A stretch of DNA of 64,000 bases, taken from NCBI GenBank assembly GCA_046546105.1, contig JBKGYN010000003.1:2178-66177 (forward strand), in the 5' to 3' direction. Positions 48,280 through 57,890 of this stretch are shown one piece after another. The DNA comes from Candidatus Woesearchaeota archaeon (GTDB taxonomy: Archaea; Nanobdellota; Nanobdellia; Woesearchaeales; SKGA01). Position 1 is the stretch's first letter. Every line of letters starts with the position of its first letter. The position numbers and the translations under genes were made by a program. The notes under the pieces were generated by a model, which made no database searches, had not been told where the DNA came from, and was given only the letters and a program-made list of their open reading frames with translations.

Positions 48280-49713
48280 GTGATTGCCATGGTACGAACC
48301 GTAACTTTGAATGGAAAACCCTACAACCTCCCCGAGAAAAAACCAGAGCTCCTCATGCCGGCAGGTGATCTGCAGAAGGCCAAGTTCGCATTCGCCTTCG
48401 GCGCTGACGCCGTCTATGCTGGCGTGCCGGTCTTTGCGTTGCGTACCAGAGAGAACAAGTTCAACATAGAGCAAGTGAAAGAAGTCGTCGAATATGCTCA
48501 CAATCTTGGAAAAAAAATTTATCTCACGATCAACATCTATCCGCATAACGAGAAGATCGAACCATTCCTTAATGCCATGGACGAGATGGTCGATGTCAAG
48601 CCTGACGCATTCATCGTTTCCGACCCTGGCGTTCTCGATCTCGTGAAAGAACGCTGGCCTGATGTCGAGCTTCACTTATCAGTTCAGCAGAACAATATCA
48701 ACTGGGCGAGCGCTCGCTTCTGGGGCAAGCAGGGCATCAGTCGCATCATCCTTGCTAGGGAGCTCTCTCTTAAGGAGGTCAGAGAGATTGTCAAGAAGAA
48801 TCCTGAGATGGAGTTCGAATATTTCATTCATGGCTCCATGTGCATCGCGTATTCCGGTCGCTGCCTATTATCCTATTACTTGTCAGGACGTGATGCTAAT
48901 CAGGGCGTGTGCACCCAGCCGTGCCGTTGGCAGTACAAGGTGTTCAAGAGCGACAAGCCCGATTATGATTCTGCGTCGAGCAGACCCGATCCTGAAACGT
49001 ACAAACATCCTGAAGGGAATTATGTCATTGAAGAGCGTCTTCGTGAAGGCGAATTTCACCCTGTCGAGGAGGATGAGAATGGCACGTACATCATGAACTC
49101 TCGTGACATGTGCATGATTGATTATCTTGAGGATCTCATGGATGCTGGCGTGTGTTCCTTCAAGGTCGAGGGTCGTAACAAGAGCGTGTATTATGCTGCT
49201 ATCACTGCCAGGGCTTACCGGGAAGCGATCGATGCGATCTATGAAGGTGAGAAGCCTGATGTCAAACGACTCTTGACAGAACTCCAGAGTGCTGGTAATC
49301 GTGGTTTCATCCCAGGTTTTCTTGCAGGTGATCTTGGCGAGAAAGCGCAATGGTATGATAAGAATGGTCTCTTGCAGACTCATGTTTTTGCAGGCATCAT
49401 GACTGACTATGATAATACAGAAAATACCGTGACTATCGCCGCTCGTAACCGTATTGATGTGGGAGACACTATCGAACTCATAACACCGACCAAGACTATA
49501 CCAATCACTATCAATGAGATGACTGATGCTGACGGTAATTCCATCTCTACAGTCCATCCTGGTGCTGGCACATTCACAATATCACTTCCTGAAAACAGGA
49601 CTCTCGATAGCGAGTTTGCCGTCGCGCGGATGGAAGGTGAGCAGAAGCGAAAGAGTGACCAAAAGATAAGAGCGGAGAAAGGTGAAAGCGAACATGTTAT
49701 GTCTAGGGATTGA
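48280..49713 (+). CDS. U32 family protein (TrhP/YegQ-like, probable tRNA hydroxylation)
   Basis: PELL.PAG, GADAVY.G, HLS.Q, ILARELS, HGSMC.AYSGRC, G.C.QPCRW and K.EGR.KS. Confidence 0.88.
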   Translation: MIAMVRTVTLNGKPYNLPEKKPELLMPAGDLQKAKFAFAFGADAVYAGVPVFALRTRENKFNIEQVKEVVEYAHNLGKKIYLTINIYPHNEKIEPFLNAMDEMVDVKPDAFIVSDPGVLDLVKERWPDVELHLSVQQNNINWASARFWGKQGISRIILARELSLKEVREIVKKNPEMEFEYFIHGSMCIAYSGRCLLSYYLSGRDANQGVCTQPCRWQYKVFKSDKPDYDSASSRPDPETYKHPEGNYVIEERLREGEFHPVEEDENGTYIMNSRDMCMIDYLEDLMDAGVCSFKVEGRNKSVYYAAITARAYREAIDAIYEGEKPDVKRLLTELQSAGNRGFIPGFLAGDLGEKAQWYDKNGLLQTHVFAGIMTDYDNTENTVTIAARNRIDVGDTIELITPTKTIPITINEMTDADGNSISTVHPGAGTFTISLPENRTLDSEFAVARMEGEQKRKSDQKIRAEKGESEHVMSRD

Positions 49714-50857
49714 AAGCACCGCTCACACCTTCGGCGCCAGCGTCGTCACGGGTAGCGGTAACGTCTTGAGTAATGAGCGCCAGCTCTACACGACTGAATC
49801 CGGAGGCATCATTCCGAACAAGCTTTCTGAACATCATGTGGCTCATTGTGATACGATCATCAGGCAAGCTCTTGAGAAAGCTGATGTTTCTATCAAGGAC
49901 ATCGATCTCATCTCCTTCTCACAGAGTCCTGGAATAGGCCATGCTCTTCGTATCGGTGCTGCTGCTGCCAAGAGCTTGTCACTTCATCATGATATTCCTC
50001 TTGTGGGCGTCAATCATTGCATCGCTCATCTCGAGATTGGTCGGTTGAAAGCAAAACCAGAAAACCAGACCGCTGAATCCAGCACAACCGAACAATCGGA
50101 CGCAGAACTCAGTGAAGCAGCACAACAGAACACTGACAGACCGTGTGAAGATCCGATCCTTCTCTATGCCAGCGGTGCGAACACGCAGATCATCGGTTAC
50201 GAGGGTAAGAAATATCGTGTCTTCGGCGAGACGCTGGATAGTGGCGTTGGTAATTTCCTTGACAGCTTCGCACGTCACGTCGGTCTTGGTTTTCCAGGAG
50301 GTCCAAAAATCCAGGAGCTTGCAAGCAGGTCCGACAATTATATTCCGCTCCCGTATACTGTCAAGGGTATGGATGTGAGTTTTGGCGGTCTTCTGACAAA
50401 GCTCAAGACGATGTTCTCGACCGGCAAGTACAAGCTCGAGGACTTATGTTATAGCTTGCAGGAAGTAGCCTTCGCCATGCTTCTTGAAGTCAGCGAGCGA
50501 GCTCTCGCTCACACTGGTAAGAACGAGCTTCTTCTCGGCGGTGGTGTGGCGTGTAACACTCGCTTGCAGGAGATGGCTTCAAAAATGTGCGCTGACCGTG
50601 GTGCGACGTGTTATGTTCTTGACAACCAATATAATGTCGATAACGCTGCGATGATAGCATGGACAGGAATAATAACAGTGACCGGCGAACAGGGAACAGG
50701 AAACAGTGACAGCGACCAGCGAACAGGGAACAGGAAACAGCAGGAACAGAAAGCAGAAAACAGCGTTATCAACAAAGAACTTTGCACGCCAGTCACTGAA
50801 GCGAAGATCGAACCACACTTGCGCACCGATGATATTGAGATTATCTGGCGCGATTGA
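49694..50857 (+). CDS. kae1: KEOPS t6A synthase Kae1
   Basis: LGIESTAHT, GGI.P, VNHCIAHLE, SGANTQ, GETLD..GN..D, GGGVA.N, DNAAMIA and RTD. Two polar insertions. Confidence 0.95.
   Translation: MLCLGIESTAHTFGASVVTGSGNVLSNERQLYTTESGGIIPNKLSEHHVAHCDTIIRQALEKADVSIKDIDLISFSQSPGIGHALRIGAAAAKSLSLHHDIPLVGVNHCIAHLEIGRLKAKPENQTAESSTTEQSDAELSEAAQQNTDRPCEDPILLYASGANTQIIGYEGKKYRVFGETLDSGVGNFLDSFARHVGLGFPGGPKIQELASRSDNYIPLPYTVKGMDVSFGGLLTKLKTMFSTGKYKLEDLCYSLQEVAFAMLLEVSERALAHTGKNELLLGGGVACNTRLQEMASKMCADRGATCYVLDNQYNVDNAAMIAWTGIITVTGEQGTGNSDSDQRTGNRKQQEQKAENSVINKELCTPVTEAKIEPHLRTDDIEIIWRD
50675..50740 (+). repeat. Two 32-bp direct repeats built from heptamer units, inside kae1
   Basis: acagtgaccggcgaacagggaacaggaaacag (50675-50706) and acagcgaccagcgaacagggaacaggaaacag (50709-50740), 2 mismatches. 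Confidence 0.85.
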
Positions 50858-50893
50858 AAGAACTGAAACTTATAGTTGCCAATCAATGAATTA

Positions 50894-51835
50894 ATGGCAA
50901 CATTTAAAAAAGAGACTTTCAGAATCAAGGCTAATCAAAAACCAAAGAGGGATCGTATGGAACACGAACTTGGTGAGGATTTCATGGAATTTAAGAAAGA
51001 TCTGGAAAAAAGGATAATTAATCAAGCACACGTTGTTTTTGAAGACACGCAATATGTTGAGAGTCTAAAGCAGGAGACAAGAAAATTCTGTCAAGAGAAT
51101 AATGACTTTTTGGAACACATATACAAATCTGCTAAAAAATATGATGAGTTGCTTGACCGATTGAATCTTGTTAAAGAGTATGATGAATCAAGGAATGCTG
51201 AATTGTCAACCGGAATAATCGCGTTGAACGGAACTTCAGGAGTAGGTCAATCATTTGTCATGAAATATATTCAAAAAGAATTGGAGAAAAACCAAATTCC
51301 TTTCGAAAGGATTTACCTTCTTGGAACAAGAGAACAAAGAGACAATGAAGGGCATAAGGACCCATACATCTTTGTGGATAAAACAAGAAACGGGTATGAA
51401 TGCATCCATACAGGAAAAGAGTACTCCGATTCAGATATTTATTTTGAATATGAGTCCAGACCAGGGGCGAACAATGCCATTGTAAAAGATGATATCTTAA
51501 AAGCGGACTCCAGATTATTATATTTGGAAACTGTTATTCCGACTCTTATAAAAATGAAAAATGAACCGTTGAGTGGTTTCTCTCCTTTAGATGATAAGTT
51601 GAAAGTCGCATACTTAGCCGCGGATTCTGGTACTGAATGGGTGAAACGTCTAGTGGCAAGAGAACCGCACAAGTTATCTGATAAGAAATTCTTGGATAAA
51701 TTAGTCGGCAGAGTCGACTCCTCACTAGCAGATATGGAAATAGCGGCGAAGGAGCAGATTCCGACTGCGGTTCACGTTCTTGACCATGGCGAGGAAACAG
51801 CGAAAAAAGTCCTTACAGCATGGAACATGAATTGA
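50894..51835 (+). CDS. Guanylate-kinase-like P-loop protein with N-terminal helical extension
   Basis: IIALNGTSGVGQS followed by TREQRDNE..DPYIFV, resembling the Gmk TTR.PR.GE...Y.FV motif. AT-rich codon usage. Confidence 0.6.
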   Translation: MATFKKETFRIKANQKPKRDRMEHELGEDFMEFKKDLEKRIINQAHVVFEDTQYVESLKQETRKFCQENNDFLEHIYKSAKKYDELLDRLNLVKEYDESRNAELSTGIIALNGTSGVGQSFVMKYIQKELEKNQIPFERIYLLGTREQRDNEGHKDPYIFVDKTRNGYECIHTGKEYSDSDIYFEYESRPGANNAIVKDDILKADSRLLYLETVIPTLIKMKNEPLSGFSPLDDKLKVAYLAADSGTEWVKRLVAREPHKLSDKKFLDKLVGRVDSSLADMEIAAKEQIPTAVHVLDHGEETAKKVLTAWNMN

Positions 51836-52100
51836 TTTTTTCTTTTTAATTCATTTTTTTTATTAGAAAGAACGACTGTAAATAACCATGAATATTGAAT
51901 AAAATAATAAATGGTATCGCCATGGTATTGCACGACGATTTCTGAAAACGACTTTTAACACGAAGGTCTGTTAGACAATGGTCGTCTGAACAAAAGATTT
52001 TTATACAGTTGAACTTGAACATATTTGGATAAAACAGAATTTCGACTCGAAAAGTGATCTGTTCGAATATATTGTAGATAATTTTTCGGATGGAAATGAT

Positions 52101-52490
52101 GTGGTTCTGATCAGGGGTTCTACAGCCTATGGCGAGATCAAAGAGTATTCTGACTTAGACATCGAAATCTATGGTATGGAAAGTAAAAAACCATTTTATG
52201 GAATCTTATTTTATCAGAGTAAGATCATCCTGTTAACAATTTATTTTTACAAATATGAAGAAGGTAATCCCGAGAAGCCTCCTGATAATGTGAGACTATT
52301 ACAAGGGCAGTATAATGATAGAATACGATCGATTTTTGAATATGAGGTCAAAAAGAAAGATTCCTATACAGAAGAGGAATTGATAATTAGAAAAAGACAA
52401 TTGTTTCTTGACTTATTCTTTGAGTACATGCGTTCTAATGATGATAAACTGCTCTCACAAATTCAGAATAAAATAAGATTCAAAGAATGA
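52101..52490 (+). CDS. Minimal nucleotidyltransferase (Pol-beta superfamily) domain protein; true start uncertain
   Basis: RGSTAYG....SDLDI motif. The frame stays open upstream without a canonical start. Confidence 0.65.
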   Translation: MVLIRGSTAYGEIKEYSDLDIEIYGMESKKPFYGILFYQSKIILLTIYFYKYEEGNPEKPPDNVRLLQGQYNDRIRSIFEYEVKKKDSYTEEELIIRKRQLFLDLFFEYMRSNDDKLLSQIQNKIRFKE

Positions 52491-52494
52491 AAAT

Positions 52495-53163
52495 TCATAA
52501 CCGTTTCGTGAACACTGCCACTTCGTGCGGCTTCGATGATTTCTTCGTGCACACGTCCGTTTCTTCTTCCACTTTCAAATCCCTCACGTGAAATCCGTTG
52601 TGCGTCCAGAACGCTTTCGTGTGAATATCACCTTCTGCGATCGTATCCATGCACAGTAACACCTGCACCTCATTGACCTTCGCGTGTCTCACATACCTGT
52701 CAAGCAGCTTCGTTCCCACACCAAGACTTCTCGCCTTCGGTGCCACGACCACTTGCAACCGACCGTACTGCTTTGGCTTTTTCAGCTTCGATCGTGTCGA
52801 CTTTCCGAATAGATTCTTCCACGCCAACTTGATGCGATAGTGATAGTAGCTTGACGAATGCGCTATGGTCCTGAAAAGATAATAGAACAGATCACTGAGA
52901 TTCCTTGACCTTGTTTTCATCTGATATTTCCGGAGTGTGCCGAACGCTACACCCAAAAGCTCTCCTCTCTTCGAGAGCGCGATAAATGCTTGCGGTTTGT
53001 CAGTGCCGAAATAGAAGTTGAAATCCCGTTTGAGATCAGAAATAGACGGTTTGTGCTTGAAGTGACGATGATGCTCGTTCCAGCTGGTCGCAAGTAGTCT
53101 CAGGACTTTCCCGCGATAGGTGTGCGTATATTCTTGTATCGTCACTGCTTCTCCTTTGACCAT
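52495..53163 (-). CDS. GNAT family acetyltransferase
   Basis: Motif A VVAPKARSLGVGTKLL and AFW..NGF. Confidence 0.85.
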   Translation of the reverse strand: MVKGEAVTIQEYTHTYRGKVLRLLATSWNEHHRHFKHKPSISDLKRDFNFYFGTDKPQAFIALSKRGELLGVAFGTLRKYQMKTRSRNLSDLFYYLFRTIAHSSSYYHYRIKLAWKNLFGKSTRSKLKKPKQYGRLQVVVAPKARSLGVGTKLLDRYVRHAKVNEVQVLLCMDTIAEGDIHTKAFWTHNGFHVRDLKVEEETDVCTKKSSKPHEVAVFTKRL

Positions 53164-53213
53164 AAGAATACAATTGATTCGAGGATTTTTAAATCTTGCT
53201 TTATAGGAAAAAA

Positions 53214-54395
53214 TCACATCCATGATGACAGGCTTTTCTGCGATATTGAAAACAGCTTGCTCGCCTTGAGCAGTTCTGAAGCATCCTCACCGATCTTTGG
53301 CGTGATGAGCTTTTGCGCATGGCGTTTCGCTTCTGCTGTCGAACTTACACCAGCATCATCCGCCTTCTCAAGGGCCATTCTCACACCTTCACGAACCACC
53401 CACACGCCAAGCGGCACGGTGTATCTCTTCGTAATCACTCTGAAGACGATCACTCTGGCTTGCATCTTCTCCTGCCGGCACTTCTCGAGCGCTGCCAGTT
53501 TCGCTGCATAGTAAGCTCCTGAGGTGTTTGACGCGTACTTTTTCCTTCCTTGTTGGAACTCGTAATCCTGCGTTATCGTCACTTCGTCCGTGCTGTTGTA
53601 GATACAATGCGGTACTGCCATCTCGAACAGTTCGAAACTCCACGGACCAGGCAAAAAGAGTATCACATACTCATTACCCATATATTCTCCGGTGTAGACA
53701 CGATAATCTTTCTCTTGATAATCAAGCACCACATCCCTGAACCGGTCTGAAATCGTGTCATCCACTGCTGTAATCGACCATTTCGTCGGCACGAGTTTTC
53801 GCTTCTGACCCAGAGTTCCCACGCTGAACAACTTGGTGAGATAATGCTCATCGAACCCTTTTGAATTCAATTCGTGAAGTGCTGTCGTCGCCTTGACATC
53901 AGTATCCGAGGTTAATCGTTCGATAGGCCGAGGTATATGAGGATTTGAAGTCAGCATCAGCTTTCGGAGTTCTCCTGAAGGACCGTGAGGCATGTTCCGT
54001 TCGTCAAAGGACATTCCTGGCGTGACCGCTTTTTTCAGGAACACTTCCGAATCGACCGATCGCTTGCTTTTTGCCAAGTCCCCTGCTTGTTCCGTGAATC
54101 GTGAGTTCATCGTCTTGACGTTCGTCATGACTCTGGAATTGACAAGAGATTGTCGTGACTGCAGCACTCGATCGATATCATGCCGTTTTGCCACGATGTC
54201 TTTAGGGTCGTCCACCGAGCCGCCGATGTCATCGACCAGCGCTCCTGTCGATACGTCCGGATAGCCGTAGGAGCCGATGAGTAGGTTCGGTACTTTTCCG
54301 GAGAAATAATTCTTCGATCTCTTCTTGAGCGTTCCCGACTTTTGATAGAGAATTGACTTGTCAGGCTCTTCCTTCTTCCTGAATCTGACCCCCAT
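53214..54395 (-). CDS. nreA: Nre family DNA repair protein (DUF650/DUF651)
   Basis: G..GYP.V..G, LVPTKWSITAVD, FEL.E, G.YYAA.L, Y.VPLGVWVVRE and a C-terminal PIP-like QKSLSSW. Confidence 0.88.
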   Translation of the reverse strand: MGVRFRKKEEPDKSILYQKSGTLKKRSKNYFSGKVPNLLIGSYGYPDVSTGALVDDIGGSVDDPKDIVAKRHDIDRVLQSRQSLVNSRVMTNVKTMNSRFTEQAGDLAKSKRSVDSEVFLKKAVTPGMSFDERNMPHGPSGELRKLMLTSNPHIPRPIERLTSDTDVKATTALHELNSKGFDEHYLTKLFSVGTLGQKRKLVPTKWSITAVDDTISDRFRDVVLDYQEKDYRVYTGEYMGNEYVILFLPGPWSFELFEMAVPHCIYNSTDEVTITQDYEFQQGRKKYASNTSGAYYAAKLAALEKCRQEKMQARVIVFRVITKRYTVPLGVWVVREGVRMALEKADDAGVSSTAEAKRHAQKLITPKIGEDASELLKASKLFSISQKSLSSWM

Positions 54396-54504
54396 GATAA
54401 ACCTATGAAGATGTTCGTGTTTAAAAAAAGTTCGATACGAACGCAGTTTATAAGTCAAAAAACGGAATATGAGAAGAAATAGAGAAGAGAAAAAGAAAAG
54501 AAGC

Positions 54505-55131
54505 TTATAATACATCTAAATGTCCAAGTATATCATCATAGGAGTACAGAACAGGAATCCTGAAGCGTTCAATCTTGTTTCCGTCCATATCAACAGGAAT
54601 GACAAGTTCCATATCATCAGTATAATCATTCCAATCAATCAGGACAATATCATTCGAACCTTTTTGAATGGCTGAATCCGTTGAATCGTGAAATACGATA
54701 TTTTTTGAATTTGGAAGATATTCTCTAGCCAGGTCTTCACCCACAGCAGTATGAACCTTGCTTCTCTCTACATCTGACATACGCATAAGTTTTTTTTCGG
54801 TTCCGACCAGCGTCAAACCACTTTCAAGGCGCTTTTCAAAACCATTGTTCACTTCACTTTGATGTGCAAGTCGTCCTACAAGCACCACATCCACAGAGCC
54901 CTTATTCAATTCATCAAGAGCTTGGGCAGTAGATTCGTGATGAACCAATGAAACATGCTCATTCTTTGAAGCAATTTCTTCAGCCAAATCGTTCATCGTC
55001 GGACAATGACCGAGTGTGACAGGATCTTTTGCTGTAGAATCTTCAGTGACATCACCTGTGACACTGCAACCAGTCATGGACAGCACTACAGCAATCGCTA
55101 GTATCCCCAACATCAAAGTCTTGCTCTTCAT
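54505..55131 (-). CDS. Lipoprotein, possible type-2 periplasmic-binding fold
   Basis: Signal peptide with MTGC lipobox. The ST..AL..L..G.VD.VL.GR pattern is typical of PBP2 domains. Contains CPTM. Confidence 0.65.
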   Translation of the reverse strand: MKSKTLMLGILAIAVVLSMTGCSVTGDVTEDSTAKDPVTLGHCPTMNDLAEEIASKNEHVSLVHHESTAQALDELNKGSVDVVLVGRLAHQSEVNNGFEKRLESGLTLVGTEKKLMRMSDVERSKVHTAVGEDLAREYLPNSKNIVFHDSTDSAIQKGSNDIVLIDWNDYTDDMELVIPVDMDGNKIERFRIPVLYSYDDILGHLDVL

Positions 55132-55176
55132 TTTACATACCTTTAAAAAATAATACAATAGTCAATTCTTAGTATT

Positions 55177-56097
55177 TCAACGATTGTTTTTTCCTGAATA
55201 AACAGTCTCTTGTTCTTCTTCAACAAGATCGACAAAACAATGACCTAAAAATCGCTGTCCCGAACCATGAGATTTCACATTTAGTTCTTTTTCATATTTA
55301 TGTATAGTATCTTCATCAAGGACTGAAAATTTAGTTTCATACAATGTTCCAAAGACTTCTTCCAGTGATTGTTTGAAAGTTCTTTTGAATTCTGTTACTG
55401 TCATCCCTATATCCTCTAGTCCTATAATCTTCTCGAGTTCTCGTTTTTCACTTCTTATAAATTCTAGCGAAGAGTTACTAGGGTCAGTTTTTTTCCCTTG
55501 TAAATCATAAAATTCACCCTCTACTTCAAGGTATTTTGAATCATCGGAAACCCACAATTCTCTTAACCTCAGGACTTTTTCGATAGTATCCATATCGAAT
55601 TTTTTTATGTTTATGACACCATCAAATTGAGTTATTGTATTATAGGATTTCATTGCATGTCCTGCAATAGGAACTAACCCATCATCAAGTTCATACCTTA
55701 AATAATAATTTCCGACTATTGAGAATTTCTCTCCCAGATTTTTCGCTAAAGGGAATGTGATTGATTTATATGCGTCGTGAATATTGAATTTATCACCGAA
55801 TTTCTCAGAATTGTAGAATACACTGTAACACAATGTCAGATTTGGTCCTGTTACTATAGCTGATCCCCCTGTCGGTCTTGAAGTTATTTCATAACCTTCC
55901 TGTTTACAGAAATCAACATTAACATCATCGATACTTTCTCGATTCCCTAATATGATTCCTTTATCGTGTAAGTAAGTTCTGGCAATCACATCATATTTTC
56001 CTTGGTGTATCAAATCAACACAATACCTGTTTATGGCGAGATTTTCTGAAGGTGATTTTACAACATCATCATTCCAAAATATGTTTCTCTCGTTCAT
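55177..56097 (-). CDS. Lipoate-protein ligase (LplA/LipM) family protein, divergent
   Basis: NLA.N, R.Y, I.LG..E....VN...C, RPTGGSAI and LCYS. Confidence 0.78.
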   Translation of the reverse strand: MNERNIFWNDDVVKSPSENLAINRYCVDLIHQGKYDVIARTYLHDKGIILGNRESIDDVNVDFCKQEGYEITSRPTGGSAIVTGPNLTLCYSVFYNSEKFGDKFNIHDAYKSITFPLAKNLGEKFSIVGNYYLRYELDDGLVPIAGHAMKSYNTITQFDGVINIKKFDMDTIEKVLRLRELWVSDDSKYLEVEGEFYDLQGKKTDPSNSSLEFIRSEKRELEKIIGLEDIGMTVTEFKRTFKQSLEEVFGTLYETKFSVLDEDTIHKYEKELNVKSHGSGQRFLGHCFVDLVEEEQETVYSGKNNR

Positions 56098-56100
56098 AGT

Positions 56101-57417
56101 CTATCGCCTTACGAACTGTAATTTCTTCAGACACAAATCTGCAACGATGGTCAAAGGATCGAAAATTGGTGCTGAGGCAGGGTTATAACAGGTCTCGAGA
56201 TTGGCCAATTCTTGTACAGTCACACCTTTTTGAATCGCTAAAGCAATCATATTCAAGCGGCCGACGACTTCGGCATCACCGATTATTTGCCCTCCAATGA
56301 TCTTTCCTGAATGGTCACAGAGTAATTGTAACGTAATACGTTCTTCTGATGGATAATATTCAGACCTTGCAGAGGCAGTATATTTTGCAGAGATTGTTTT
56401 GATATCAAGCTCTGTTGTTCGTCGTTTAGTCATCCCGACAGCTCCTATGTAGAACTCTCCGATTTTTGATATCGTATTATTCATCACAGGAGGGAATTTC
56501 TCACTGCCTCCGAGAATATTACTCGCAATGACCTTCGCCTGCCTGACAGCTGTTGTTCCCAACTGGCTGAATATCCGTTTTCCGGAATTAGCTTCATACG
56601 ATTCTACACAATCCCCACAGGCGAATATGTTCTTATCGGATGTTCTCATGTGATCATCGACGAGAATTCCTTTATTGACATCAAGGCCGGTTTCTTTCCC
56701 TATACTCGTGTCAGGTCTGACTCCTGTACATATGAAAAGATCCTCATATGAGATTTCTTGCGTATCAGTAATGACTGAATCAGAGGTTACTTCTGAAATG
56801 CGCTCGCCAGAATATAGTTGTATACCATTTGACTTCAAGTATTCTTCAAGGTCTTTTGCTATAGCTTCATCCAACAAAGCCGGCAGGATATTCTCTTTCG
56901 CTTCGACAAGAGAGACATTCTCACCTTTGCTTGCAAGGGAGAAAGCCAATTCCACACCCACCATACCAGCACCGACAACCACTGATTTTCTGCCGGATTT
57001 CATCCTCTCATGAATTTTTTTGGCATCTTCGATCGTATTCAAACAAGTGTAGTTTGCATTCTCCAAACCTTGTATTGGAGGAACGAAAGAATCGCTTCCT
57101 GTTGCAAGAACAAGATAATCGTATGGAACATCCTTATCATGGGCAAGAAGAAGCGTTTTTGCATCTCTATCGATAGCCTTGACTTCAGAGTTTTGCAAGA
57201 GCTTGATGTTATTCTCCTCATAATCCTTCTTTTTGAAAATGAAAATATCATCAAAAGAGGGTATCTCACCTGAAAGCACATACGGTAGTGCACATGAAGA
57301 ATACTCTGTATTGGACGTTTTTTCAATAAGGAGTATCTCAACTTCCTTATCTGACCTCCTTAATTCAAATGCACACGTAGTGCCTGCACTACCCCCTCCG
57401 ATAATCACGACTCTCAT
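56101..57417 (-). CDS. FAD-dependent pyridine nucleotide-disulfide oxidoreductase (NADH oxidase/peroxidase/CoA-disulfide reductase type)
   Basis: IIGGGSAG, single redox Cys in YSSCALPY, LATGS, VGAGMVGVE, ACGDC, GGQI.G and Y.P dimerisation motif. Confidence 0.9.
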   Translation of the reverse strand: MRVVIIGGGSAGTTCAFELRRSDKEVEILLIEKTSNTEYSSCALPYVLSGEIPSFDDIFIFKKKDYEENNIKLLQNSEVKAIDRDAKTLLLAHDKDVPYDYLVLATGSDSFVPPIQGLENANYTCLNTIEDAKKIHERMKSGRKSVVVGAGMVGVELAFSLASKGENVSLVEAKENILPALLDEAIAKDLEEYLKSNGIQLYSGERISEVTSDSVITDTQEISYEDLFICTGVRPDTSIGKETGLDVNKGILVDDHMRTSDKNIFACGDCVESYEANSGKRIFSQLGTTAVRQAKVIASNILGGSEKFPPVMNNTISKIGEFYIGAVGMTKRRTTELDIKTISAKYTASARSEYYPSEERITLQLLCDHSGKIIGGQIIGDAEVVGRLNMIALAIQKGVTVQELANLETCYNPASAPIFDPLTIVADLCLKKLQFVRR

Positions 57418-57427
57418 TGGAATAACC

Positions 57428-57871
57428 TCAGTCTAGCTTATCACCGGGATTAGGACAACTGTTCTCGATACAGTCTTGTATTTTGCTCTCCATCTCTTGA
57501 CCCATGGAATCACTAAAGCCGACCCAGTGCTCTTCACCTATGAAGGTCGTTGGAACGCCACTAGCCCGGATTCCGTAAGCTTGTGCAACTTCTTGGAATA
57601 GGTTCCTGTTCTCACGATCATTCCACGTCTCAAACATTTTCACTTCAAGATCGTCACCATATTTTTGGTCCAATTCTTCAAGGAAAGGCTTCTCGTCAGA
57701 ACAATGTGGACATCCTTCTCCCCAGAAGAAATACACGACTACCTTATCAGCATCATCACTTTTATTCTCAACGGCTTTTCCTGCAGGAGTTTCTGGATTA
57801 TCTGTTGAACACCCAGCAAGCATCATCACTGCAAATAATAGTATCATCACATAAATCATTGTAGTTCTCAT
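57428..57871 (-). CDS. Thioredoxin/glutaredoxin-fold lipoprotein (CPHC)
   Basis: LAGC lipobox, FWGEGCPHC, GVPT.FIG and VGF. Confidence 0.85.
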   Translation of the reverse strand: MRTTMIYVMILLFAVMMLAGCSTDNPETPAGKAVENKSDDADKVVVYFFWGEGCPHCSDEKPFLEELDQKYGDDLEVKMFETWNDRENRNLFQEVAQAYGIRASGVPTTFIGEEHWVGFSDSMGQEMESKIQDCIENSCPNPGDKLD

Positions 57872-57890
57872 AATATTTCACCATAGATCA

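Noticed and set aside
51885..51975. Short frame KWYRHGIARRFLK resembling GNAT motif A
   Set aside because: Too short and bounded by stops to support a pseudogene call.
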